Virus record (IMG/VR): IMGVR_UViG_3300042397_003635
Reading direction: 5' to 3' (one strand)
Source: a virus
Taxonomy: Duplodnaviria > Caudoviricetes
DNA: 64,000 nt
Shown here: in pieces, positions 9,901 through 18,089 of the stretch
How the letters are laid out: every line of letters starts with the position of its first letter
Position numbering within the stretch: position 1 is the stretch's first letter
The notes under the pieces: generated by a model
Seen by the model: only the letters and a program-made list of their open reading frames with translations
Told to the model about the DNA's origin: nothing
Databases searched by the model: none
Position numbers and translations under genes: made by a program

Positions 9901-12138
9901 GTCAGCTGCAGTATAAGAAAAATCAGTAGTTCCAAAACCAACTCGGCCATCTTGACCTACATAAATTGCATTGGTTCCAAACTTACCGATTGTTACAACA
10001 TTGTTTGCAAATACTTCAAGTACAGGTAAGCCTGCAATTGTATTTACACTATAAAGAGAATCAGAAAGATCGTCAACTACACTAAATAGTCGACCATTAA
10101 CTCCATCGACTGCAAATAATTCTTGACCAGAAGTATTACCAATTACATGTAATTTAGCAGTACCTAGAGCTCCAATTGAAACTGTTCCTTGATTGTATGC
10201 AAAGTAGGCTCCACCAAATGTAGAAAGACCATAATTTGGAGTATTTCCTATTCCAGCGCCCCATCCGCTAGGGTTTCCAATATCAACTTTACCATAGAGA
10301 TGTATTCCATCTCCACTATATCGACCGCGGATTCCATAAAGATTTATTGATTCTCCATTTGAAAAATATGTAATTCCAGCAACAGTTGAACCTCCAGCTT
10401 TTGCAACATATAAACCATCTGCGGTTGCTTGTGAAATTCCACCGGTTGAAAGAGTTACTGAGTTACCTCCTGAGATACTTAAAGTATTTCCAGAAAGACT
10501 AAGAGTTTGTCCGTCTGTATTAGTATCTGTATCAATATCGCTAAATGACGCAGTTAAGGTTGAACCATCTCCTTGAGTTAAGGTTAAGGTCTTAGTTGAA
10601 CTTCCGCTAAATGCAATTGCGGTTGGACGTTTGTTATATGCAGTATTCCAGTTTCCAGAGCTTGCAATTTTATTATCTGCAATCGCAACTCCAGTCCATC
10701 TTCCTGCACTATCAATTACTTGGGTCGTATCATACGCTCCAGGTATTGATCCATATTCAATTACACCAACGTAATATCCATCACTCGAGTTAACATGTCC
10801 ATCATATGCATTAAGATGTCGAGATTGTAAAAAACCGCCAGTTAAGTTATCGCCATCTGCTCCAAATCTCTGGCCTCCTCCTACATATTTACCATTGATA
10901 GTTGGATTATTGTCTGAGTAAGACCAAGCCGGTCCGTCTCCATCTGGATTAATCGGTACATAAACTCCATCGTGATTATGCGAAGGTAGTGATGTTAAAA
11001 ATCCGCCGTAGTTACCTAAGTCATTCGTAAACTGCGAAAGCGCAGTTGGGCGAGAACTTACATTTGTCCAAGCTACTGATCCAGCTGATGCTGCATAGTT
11101 TACTGAGAAATTCGATGGATTGTAAACATACATGTTTGTACCATCAGTTCCACCCCATAACCAAGTTGGTTGGCCGCTTTGTCCAGACCAATAAAAATTT
11201 ATATCTCCACCGCTTGCATTTCTAGGATAGGCTCTGCCGTTTGTTGTAATATACGCAGAGTTATTTGTAAATCTAGAAATGTTCATGTCAAACAAATCTG
11301 TAGCATAGTCTGCTCTATACGCAGTGTTTACTAATACAGCTCCGGTTGCAGTTCGGCCAACTCCCCAATCTCCTAAGTGTAAATACGCACCAAAATCATT
11401 GGGCACAGTTTGCGAAACACCAGAAATACTTGACAAAGTAAGCCTGCCTGACATAGTATCACCAGACGTATTAACAAATCTTGAATCAGATTCAGATTCA
11501 GTATAATATCGGTCATCGTGATTATGTGAAGCTGCTGCATATAATCCAGCATGATTACCCCAGCCATATGCCGTATCCCAATTTGATTTGTTATAACCAG
11601 AAGCAGAAATAGTACCGTCAATCGTTAGGTTACCTAGATAATCTAATGTAAATCTTTGTATATGTGAGCCACTGGTCGCTTGTCGCAATGCAATTCCAAA
11701 CGCGCCTTCAAGCGTGCCTGCTCCTTTATACGCTCGTAGTGATGCTCGATGATGATTTCCATCACTATCTACTGTTGCAAAACCTATTTGAGCTCTTTGA
11801 CCGCTTGTTGTTGATCTAACCAAAAGCGCATCAACAAAATCTCCTAAAACTGGAGTATGGTCAATTACTAAACCGTAATTGTTGCTTGTGGTAATTACAT
11901 CTCCGGATTTAGAGACCTTTCCAGCTAAACTGTTTGTAACGCTAGTTGCAAAACTTGCATCATCGCCTAATGCAGCAGCCAATTCATCAAGGGTATTTAA
12001 AGCACCAGGTGCACCATTAATTAAGTTACTAATTTGAGTAGTAACATATGACGTAGTTGCAATTGAATGATCTGCCATGTTACCGGCATGAATTGCAATA
12101 TGTCCATTGATTGTGGTTCCGTGTATTAATTGTGCCAT
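6958..12138 (-). CDS. Long tail fibre protein 1 with C-terminal peptidase S74 intramolecular chaperone
   Basis: 1726 aa, Gly/Ser/Thr/Asn-rich. N-terminal GAPGALNTLDELAAALGDD fibre motif; C-terminal FY|SDERLKT...GLSAQEVQSVLPEVV...LTVSYDKLVPLLIESIKE + coiled coil (S74 at 6958..7320). Confidence 0.85.
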   Translation of the reverse strand: MAQLIHGTTINGHIAIHAGNMADHSIATTSYVTTQISNLINGAPGALNTLDELAAALGDDASFATSVTNSLAGKVSKSGDVITTSNNYGLVIDHTPVLGDFVDALLVRSTTSGQRAQIGFATVDSDGNHHRASLRAYKGAGTLEGAFGIALRQATSGSHIQRFTLDYLGNLTIDGTISASGYNKSNWDTAYGWGNHAGLYAAASHNHDDRYYTESESDSRFVNTSGDTMSGRLTLSSISGVSQTVPNDFGAYLHLGDWGVGRTATGAVLVNTAYRADYATDLFDMNISRFTNNSAYITTNGRAYPRNASGGDINFYWSGQSGQPTWLWGGTDGTNMYVYNPSNFSVNYAASAGSVAWTNVSSRPTALSQFTNDLGNYGGFLTSLPSHNHDGVYVPINPDGDGPAWSYSDNNPTINGKYVGGGQRFGADGDNLTGGFLQSRHLNAYDGHVNSSDGYYVGVIEYGSIPGAYDTTQVIDSAGRWTGVAIADNKIASSGNWNTAYNKRPTAIAFSGSSTKTLTLTQGDGSTLTASFSDIDTDTNTDGQTLSLSGNTLSISGGNSVTLSTGGISQATADGLYVAKAGGSTVAGITYFSNGESINLYGIRGRYSGDGIHLYGKVDIGNPSGWGAGIGNTPNYGLSTFGGAYFAYNQGTVSIGALGTAKLHVIGNTSGQELFAVDGVNGRLFSVVDDLSDSLYSVNTIAGLPVLEVFANNVVTIGKFGTNAIYVGQDGRVGFGTTDFSYTAADQTSPTNNRLFVNGSIQLLGANDAIVFGRGTATVLRDEKLAFGWGSGWFMEDADYLRVLGNKTVYSGGSARFDSYVYLGGATYYLYQANSGIWTNGNLGASGDLYLGTRSTWLSSYLNQAVLTSSSPTFSDVYANEWFRNNNNNEGLYNQANGNHFYSRGGSIWGITGNGGSVVHLQFRINHESTLRGSVYGDGSGFGLLDSGDNWRVRVDTGGAQVYGSLTIGNTTSSDIYMTDTDETTRRIHTNSGRIGFLNSSSGWGAYCDNTGNWRTDYDMHATYFYGGGSIRVGDMWGGAGLYRPSGSMVFGIENSDWIFSKGAVTQAYFAGGDGNLWMRWAGDWLSNLLGAKSNVGHTHDDRYYTESESDSRYILKGTQISSSASWPTATRFGSVGNLSQDAGNHALSVRSEDGNDAFMSFHIGNDYAVHFGLERSSNRMHVGGWSETGSRYQLWDSRDFSSTNISNWNTAYGWGNHAGVGYLTSLPSHTHDDRYYTETEINNFSYWRNDEARTIKTLFFTGVGGDSGNSSNHSYAIYQGGGGWSHPYPDLHIGYHTGIKLGANTGYGGTRFYSDSDMATELFSVGNGDTHVRVANNLYASALFDAGSRVAISRGEGRNYIDYSRYVYNNGAYSGSGWIEPSDLGVRYAYYGRLAYNNGAYSGSGWVEPSDLGVRYANTSGYATSSYIVNSTNDYRHSNRNPNDWHGLANSWHFNDRDTVGMSGSDYWVSILTVCPWSSYDPSHRQNQLGFGGAAGLYHRYATSGTSWSGWSRMYSDAYRPYADSAGSVAWDNVTSKPGIYLHNTWHGNVYLGTGGDVYCTILYDSNNSGYYLDPNGTSRLNRTNYDYVYSYNWVYAEGDIIAFYSDERLKTRVGTIENALDKIKQLTGFYYVNNDLAKSFGYKDEKLQVGLSAQEVQSVLPEVVTLAPFDTEFDENNQAIGSKSGESYLTVSYDKLVPLLIESIKEQQLQIEELRSEVKKLKGE
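7886..8034 (-). repeat. 84-bp (28-aa) tandem duplication in fibre 1
   Basis: YNNGAYSGSGW(I/V)EPSDLGVRYA twice; DNA anchor gcatatcttacacc at 7886 and 7970. Confidence 0.85.
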
Positions 12139-12143
12139 ATTAG

Positions 12144-15100
12144 TTATCTATTTTCAAGATCGTCAATTCTCTTGGTTAAATTTTTTATAAGTTCTTGTTG
12201 TTCTTGAATAGTTTTAATCAAGATTGGAGCAATACGAGTATAGTTAATACCATCAACTTGACCTGCATCATCGTATTTAATTAATTCAGGATAGATTTCT
12301 GCAACCTCTTCGGCAATTAAACCAATTTCAGTTGATCCAGTTCCACCAATTTTGGTATAGTAAACTGGTCTTAGTTGTAATACTTTGTCTAGAGCTGGAG
12401 TTAAGGACTCAACATTAGTTTTATATCTGATAGATGATAATTCTATCAATCTATTTGAAAGAGTTAAGGTACCTCCAGTATCAAATGTCATTCTAACTCC
12501 ATTGTCTGGAACATACACAAATTGTAAATTTCCAGCAGTATTTGAGTTATCATCTGGTGCATCACAAATAAACCACTGTTCCCATTGAATTCCTTCGCCA
12601 AAGCCAGAATCTGCCATTATAATATGTCCAACTCCCTCTAAGTTATTATTGGAAAAATTAACTGTTCCAGTAATAGTTCCGCCGCCTAGCGGTAGATAAT
12701 AACCATCAATCACTTGACTTCTAAAGTGGGCTGGCGTAGATTTTCTTAAGTAGTTATCACTTGTATTTTGAGTCCAAATTTGACCAATCGTTGGGTTTTC
12801 TGAGTTACCTTGACTTGCATTAAAATAGGTTCCTAAGACATAGTTTGAATAGATATTTCCACTGCTGTCTCTTCGTACAATTGTATTTACGTTAGCCGCC
12901 GTATCTGAATTATATCCATCTAATAAGTCAGCGTCTAATCCGGAACCCGATCCATCGTTTCCGGCATGCCAGGCAGTATTACCATTTATTGTTGTTCCGC
13001 TTGCAAATGCACCACGACCATCTATTAGTATTCCACCAACTGCAGAGCCAGACCTACTTACCTTATAAGCATACTCATTTACAGTTTTGTTTGTGGTATT
13101 TACCGTAAAGTTTGCACCATCTACATTCGCATTGTTTGTGCTTGTTATGGTCGTACTAGTACTATTACCTCTACCAGTAACGCTGGCTAAGGTATCAGTT
13201 TCAGTATATCCAGTAATATAACCTTGAGAAGTTACCCATGATTGAGTTGCAAGTAAGCTACCTCCGCCATATGGCACATTTCTAAAATACGCAACATTTG
13301 CTGTTGTTATTTCAAGTGCAACTGAAGTAGGTTCATAAATATCACCGTATCCTAATTTAAAGCTATCTGTGTTATTATTATTGGTCATTCCCATTGACCA
13401 CATAGGCATTCCAGTATAATCCCATGCAACTCCCTGTGAAACGTTCATTCCAGTAGTAAACATTAAGGTTGCCTGATTTCCACTAGCTTGTCGATTAATG
13501 AATACCCTTGAAGTTCCAGTAGATGCGCTAACATATAATTCTGGGTTGGTTCCGACCAATTGAATTTGTGCTGGATTGCTTGATGGATAAACATACAAGT
13601 TGCCACTCATTGAGTCTCCTGTTACATTAACATAGAGAGAATCAGCTGTTCCTTGTGAAATACCTCCACTTGGAAGAGTAATTGAATTACCTCCGCTAAT
13701 TGAAAGAGTACTTCCATTTAAAGTTAGGGTTTGAGCATCAGTATTAGTATCTGTATCAATATCACTAAATGAAGCAGTTAAGGTTGAACTGTCTCCAAGC
13801 GTTAAGGTAAGAGTTTTTGTACCAGTACCGCTAAATGCAAGTGCGGTTGGTCTTTTACTGTATGCAGTATTCCAGTTTGATGAGTTATTGGTAAAATTAC
13901 CACTGTGCCAAACTTGATACCAGTCATTCCAAGTAGAGTCAATACCATTTCTTAATCTTAATCCTGGAACGCCGCTTGCATTAAGACCAGTTTCATTAAT
14001 AAATGCAAGTTGGTAAGAAGAATCTCCTGTACTTGCGCTTGTTCCATCCCATGGAGAAAATGTCATTACTCCAGCATAGTTTCCAACACCATCTGCCGTT
14101 CCAGCTGTTACGAAATCCCATGCAACTGAACGGTTATTCCAGTTAGGTCTTCTATCGGTTAGATCCCTAGGACCATCATCAAAGCTAATCCATTTTGCTT
14201 CGCTTGCATAGGCAACTGAGAAATTGGATGGATTCCAAACGTAAAAATCCTCCCCATTATTTGAACCCCATAACCAAGATGGCTGTCCGCTTTGTCCAGT
14301 CCAATAAAAATTTATATTAGTTCCATCTGCTCTTCTTGGATAAGCTCGACCATTAGTTGTAATATAATTGGAACCATTTGTAAGCTGGTTATTATTTGTA
14401 ATAGTATTTGTAATTGTAACCTGTTGGTTTGACGTACTAACTGAAATACCAGAACCTGCGGCTGCGCTTAATAAACCAGTGTTATTAATTGTAACTTGTT
14501 GATTTGAAGTACTAACAGTAATACCTGTACCAGCAGCTGCACTTAATAAACCTGTATTATTGATCGTAAGGTTTTGGTTTGATGTACTTACTGTGATACC
14601 AGTACCTGCAGTTGCACTAAGTAAAGCTGTTGTATTAATCGTAAGATTTTGATTTGACGTACTTACTGTAATACCAGTGCCAGCGGTTGCCGATAATAGG
14701 GCAGTCGTATTGATAGTAAGGTTTTGGTTTGATGTACTTACCGTGATACCTGTTCCAGCAGTTGCAGATAGTAAACCAGTGTTTGTAACGGTAACTGCGC
14801 CAGTTGTAGAGTTTACCGAAATCCCAGTGCCGGCCGATACTGAAGAAACTCCAGCTGTAATTGTCCAACTTCTATTTGCAGATAAGTCATATGTTGTACC
14901 ATTAATGGTAAGGGTGCGAGAAGTAGGAACATATCCAGAAAGTGAAGCAGATGTAATATAACCTGGACCATTCGTTAATTGGTTTAAGTTAGTTAAATTA
15001 TTGGTATTCCATAATATAGAATTATCCCAATACAAGATACCGTCTGGTCTCATCTCTAAAAACTTGCCGACATTTCCACTAATGTGAAATGCTATACCAG

Positions 15101-17531
15101 TCGTAGTATTATCATAGGATTCTGTCCATAAAGCAGCCGTTGTGTAATTACCATCGATCTGAGCCTTTTGCGCATATAGGCCTCCTGTAAATATAGATGC
15201 TGTGTTTGTTGTTGCACCGCGACCAGTTACACTTGCAAGTGTATCAGATTCCGCTGTTAAGTATACGTTTGAATCTAGCGTCCACGTATTTGTTCCTGTT
15301 CTTTTTAAGAAACCCGTTGCAGTCAATCCAGCGATTGCAGTTAGGTCTCCGTCTAGTGGTTGATACGTAGTAGAGGCAGTTCCAGTAGTCAAATAGGTAT
15401 TTGAATCAACTGAACCGTCTGCTTTTAAAAATTGACTTGATGTTCCTCCAACCTTAATAAAAGATCGGCCTGTAATATCGTTTGCTGCAAGATCGGCAAG
15501 CGCAAATGAAGCATGCGAAGTATCAATAAATGGAGAAGCATCTGGTTCTGGAGTATATCCTTTAAAGAATTTCCAAGTATTATCGGTTGCATCTCTAAAT
15601 AATCCGGCATGTGCATAAGAACCGTCATTGTAACCAGCGGCAAATCCTAAATCTGGATTAGCATTTGATTTTGCTCTTGCAGTACCACCTGAACTATAAG
15701 ATCCAGTTGCGCTATTTGCAATTGTAAATGAGTTTGTTGAAACTCCAGTAATTGTTTGATTTGATAAGTTATATGCAGTTGGACTTACACCAGTAATAGT
15801 AACTGACATTCCAATAATATAGTTATGGGTCTCTTGCGTTGTATAAACCACGCTTGAACCATTTCCTACTGCGTTTGTAATTGTAGTGGCAATTCCATTG
15901 TTCAGATAAATCATGTTATCTGATACTGCTAGGTTTTGCGCATAAACTGTAGTCGTAGTACCTCCAATTATTAAGTTTCCTACTACATTAAGATCTCCAC
16001 CAACATATAGATTCTTTGCAATACCAACACCACCTGCTGTAACGATTGTTCCAGTTGTAGTTGAAGTTGCTTGAGTTGTACCCGAAAAAGTTTTAATTCC
16101 TGCAATAGATTCGTTACCTGTGGTATGGACAACATTTGCATCATTGGCTGGTGTAAATCCTAACCAACCTGCAATTGTTTTATTAACCCATAAGGTTCCA
16201 TCGTATCCTAAAATATGTCCATTAACTGGAACAGTTGTAATTAGGTCAACATCATGAATTTCCTTTAGTTCAAATCCATTTTGAACTTTAACAAAGATCT
16301 CACCAGTATTTGCATTTTTTCTGGTAACAATACCAATAAAAACAAGGTGTCTAGGCGCATATGGCTTATTGGGTAAACCATAAATTAAGTTTCCATTATC
16401 ACCTAACCAAACTGGATCACCTTCAGTTCCAGCTAGAGACGTATCTAATCCGGCTAAAAGACCCTCTGTTACAACATTGGCCATTCCATTGATTGCAACG
16501 GTTGCATCTAAGAGACCCATTGTTTTTGATGAAGTTGCTTCACTTCCATTTGATGCAAGACTCACAATCATATTGGTTCCATCTGCACTGGTTACATAAA
16601 CAGCTTGGCCTTTATTAATTGCGACTGCGGCTTTTACACCATGCTGAACTCTTGATACATAGCTAACCGTATCAATTGTCCAAGCTCTATTTGCGCTTAG
16701 ATCATATGAAGTTCCATTAATAGAAAGGGTTCTAGAAGTTGGTACATAGTTTGGAGTCCAATTAACCCATTGAGATCCATTAAATTGTAATAGTTGACCG
16801 GTTGCCTCTAATGAAATTGTAACATCAGTTAGGCTATCTAAATTAGTAGGAATTGAAATATTTGTTGCAGATACTGCAGTAATCAAACCTTTGCCATTAA
16901 CTGTAATCACAGGAACTGCGGTTGCTGAACCAAATGTTCCAACATTTGAGTTAACTGTTGCTAAGGCTAGGCCAATATTTCCGTTTGAAGTTAAAGGAGA
17001 GTTTGCAATTACAAAATCAGAACCAGTAATTCCAACTGAAGTTAAGGGTGGAGTTACTGTATTGTAACCAATCGTCCACCAATAAGTTGTACCATCATAA
17101 TAAACACCTAGAACATCTGTCGCATTTGCAGCAGAGCTTGCTGTATAAGAACCTCCACCAACAATTGAGCTTGATCCCGGAAGAGTAAGGGTGCGACCTC
17201 CAGCTGCATCTTGTTTAACTAAAATTAAACCAGTATCGCCAGCTTCCATATTGGCAATAACTAGAGTTCTTGCTCCAGCAATGGTTACCTTTGCATTAGC
17301 ACCAGAATTAAAGTCCCAAGTAATAGCAGCGCCATCAGTTAGGGTCTGTTGAGCCATCGTAACTTTACCATTAACCTTAAGATTTCCACCAATTGTAAAT
17401 TTTTTGGCAGACTGTAGGGTTAGGGTAAGATTACCGGCATTATCATGTTGTAGGACTGGCTTATTAGCAACGTTATCGCCAATAAATTCTAGTAAGCCTG
17501 TTGCTGGGGTTATCTTGACCGTTTGCGCCAC
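12144..17531 (-). CDS. Long tail fibre protein 2 with C-terminal peptidase S74 intramolecular chaperone
   Basis: 1795 aa, GTG start. Fibre motifs (GSGLDADLLDG, TINGTTYDLSANRSW); C-terminal L|SSIRYKTNV...LQLRPVYY...GLIAEEVAEIYPEL...INYTRIAPILIKTIQE (12144..12437). Confidence 0.85.
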   Translation of the reverse strand: MAQTVKITPATGLLEFIGDNVANKPVLQHDNAGNLTLTLQSAKKFTIGGNLKVNGKVTMAQQTLTDGAAITWDFNSGANAKVTIAGARTLVIANMEAGDTGLILVKQDAAGGRTLTLPGSSSIVGGGSYTASSAANATDVLGVYYDGTTYWWTIGYNTVTPPLTSVGITGSDFVIANSPLTSNGNIGLALATVNSNVGTFGSATAVPVITVNGKGLITAVSATNISIPTNLDSLTDVTISLEATGQLLQFNGSQWVNWTPNYVPTSRTLSINGTSYDLSANRAWTIDTVSYVSRVQHGVKAAVAINKGQAVYVTSADGTNMIVSLASNGSEATSSKTMGLLDATVAINGMANVVTEGLLAGLDTSLAGTEGDPVWLGDNGNLIYGLPNKPYAPRHLVFIGIVTRKNANTGEIFVKVQNGFELKEIHDVDLITTVPVNGHILGYDGTLWVNKTIAGWLGFTPANDANVVHTTGNESIAGIKTFSGTTQATSTTTGTIVTAGGVGIAKNLYVGGDLNVVGNLIIGGTTTTVYAQNLAVSDNMIYLNNGIATTITNAVGNGSSVVYTTQETHNYIIGMSVTITGVSPTAYNLSNQTITGVSTNSFTIANSATGSYSSGGTARAKSNANPDLGFAAGYNDGSYAHAGLFRDATDNTWKFFKGYTPEPDASPFIDTSHASFALADLAANDITGRSFIKVGGTSSQFLKADGSVDSNTYLTTGTASTTYQPLDGDLTAIAGLTATGFLKRTGTNTWTLDSNVYLTAESDTLASVTGRGATTNTASIFTGGLYAQKAQIDGNYTTAALWTESYDNTTTGIAFHISGNVGKFLEMRPDGILYWDNSILWNTNNLTNLNQLTNGPGYITSASLSGYVPTSRTLTINGTTYDLSANRSWTITAGVSSVSAGTGISVNSTTGAVTVTNTGLLSATAGTGITVSTSNQNLTINTTALLSATAGTGITVSTSNQNLTINTTALLSATAGTGITVSTSNQNLTINNTGLLSAAAGTGITVSTSNQQVTINNTGLLSAAAGSGISVSTSNQQVTITNTITNNNQLTNGSNYITTNGRAYPRRADGTNINFYWTGQSGQPSWLWGSNNGEDFYVWNPSNFSVAYASEAKWISFDDGPRDLTDRRPNWNNRSVAWDFVTAGTADGVGNYAGVMTFSPWDGTSASTGDSSYQLAFINETGLNASGVPGLRLRNGIDSTWNDWYQVWHSGNFTNNSSNWNTAYSKRPTALAFSGTGTKTLTLTLGDSSTLTASFSDIDTDTNTDAQTLTLNGSTLSISGGNSITLPSGGISQGTADSLYVNVTGDSMSGNLYVYPSSNPAQIQLVGTNPELYVSASTGTSRVFINRQASGNQATLMFTTGMNVSQGVAWDYTGMPMWSMGMTNNNNTDSFKLGYGDIYEPTSVALEITTANVAYFRNVPYGGGSLLATQSWVTSQGYITGYTETDTLASVTGRGNSTSTTITSTNNANVDGANFTVNTTNKTVNEYAYKVSRSGSAVGGILIDGRGAFASGTTINGNTAWHAGNDGSGSGLDADLLDGYNSDTAANVNTIVRRDSSGNIYSNYVLGTYFNASQGNSENPTIGQIWTQNTSDNYLRKSTPAHFRSQVIDGYYLPLGGGTITGTVNFSNNNLEGVGHIIMADSGFGEGIQWEQWFICDAPDDNSNTAGNLQFVYVPDNGVRMTFDTGGTLTLSNRLIELSSIRYKTNVESLTPALDKVLQLRPVYYTKIGGTGSTEIGLIAEEVAEIYPELIKYDDAGQVDGINYTRIAPILIKTIQEQQELIKNLTKRIDDLENR
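14400..14850 (-). repeat. 75-bp (25-aa) coding tandem repeat, about 6 units
   Basis: LLSATAGTGITVSTSNQNLTINTTA and variants; DNA period of 75 checked (gtactta at 14584 and 14659). Confidence 0.9.
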
Positions 17532-17552
17532 GTATGTAATAGACTATTTGAA

Positions 17553-17981
17553 TTATTTATTCATGTCTATCTCAATTTGCAATGGTTTAACATCTTTACG
17601 TTCAGCCTGAACTAAATAAAAGAATTGTGGTTTATGAGAGCCTGCTACTTCAAAATAAGTATCAGTAATTGCCTTAATCCAAAGTGATTGAGATTTACCG
17701 AATGGTGTTATTGTAATTGTGATTGAATCCTTATTTGCAAGGCTCGTCCAGTATTCTGGAAAAAAGATGCGCTTTTCTTCACTCTTTCCTCTAATATAGA
17801 TTCCATGTTCAGGTCCCTCTAAGTTACCGTGAGCAAGCTTAAATCCTGGCTTAGTTGGATGATCGATTAAGAACTGCTTAGTTACAGCTGAAAAATTTCC
17901 ATTATGATTAATATCTCCGGAAGATTCATTGTACGTCATGTGCGCACTAATATTAACTTGCTTTAATTTAACTTGAGCCAT
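17553..17981 (-). CDS. Stand-alone 'IDHP' tail-fibre C-terminal/chaperone-like domain protein
   Basis: KQFLIDHPTKPGFKLAHGNLEGPEHGIYIRG...FPEYWTSL...ITITITPFG, a motif usually seen at the C-terminus of aquatic phage fibres. Confidence 0.55.
   Translation of the reverse strand: MAQVKLKQVNISAHMTYNESSGDINHNGNFSAVTKQFLIDHPTKPGFKLAHGNLEGPEHGIYIRGKSEEKRIFFPEYWTSLANKDSITITITPFGKSQSLWIKAITDTYFEVAGSHKPQFFYLVQAERKDVKPLQIEIDMNK
17554..17561 (-). promoter_or_regulatory. Late-like promoter box AATAAATA
   Basis: Upstream of GTG 17531 (fibre 2). Confidence 0.55.
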
Positions 17982-18007
17982 TTATAAGTTTGTATCTTTT
18001 CTATAGA

Positions 18008-18015
18008 TATTTATA
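18008..18015 (-). promoter_or_regulatory. T4-type late promoter TATAAATA
   Basis: Exact consensus upstream of ATG 17981, downstream of a terminator. Confidence 0.65.
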
Positions 18016-18038
18016 CTCCTAGTTTGGACTTTGGATAA

Positions 18039-18064
18039 TAAAAAAGCCTCCATAAAGGAGGCTC
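18039..18064 (-). terminator. Rho-independent terminator
   Basis: Minus strand AGCCTCC-TTTAT-GGAGGCT followed by a T tract, after the stop of 18090..19535. Confidence 0.8.
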
Positions 18065-18089
18065 TTATTAAAAGTTATTAAGTAGAATA

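Noticed and set aside
14400-14850. 75-bp repeats as a CRISPR array
   Set aside because: The repeats are contiguous with no unique spacers, are in frame in a coding gene and vary at codon third positions; no cas genes are present
6958-17531. Diversity-generating retroelement (TR/VR pair) in the fibres
   Set aside because: No reverse transcriptase in the window; the shared modules are internal coding segments whose differences are not adenine-specific by eye
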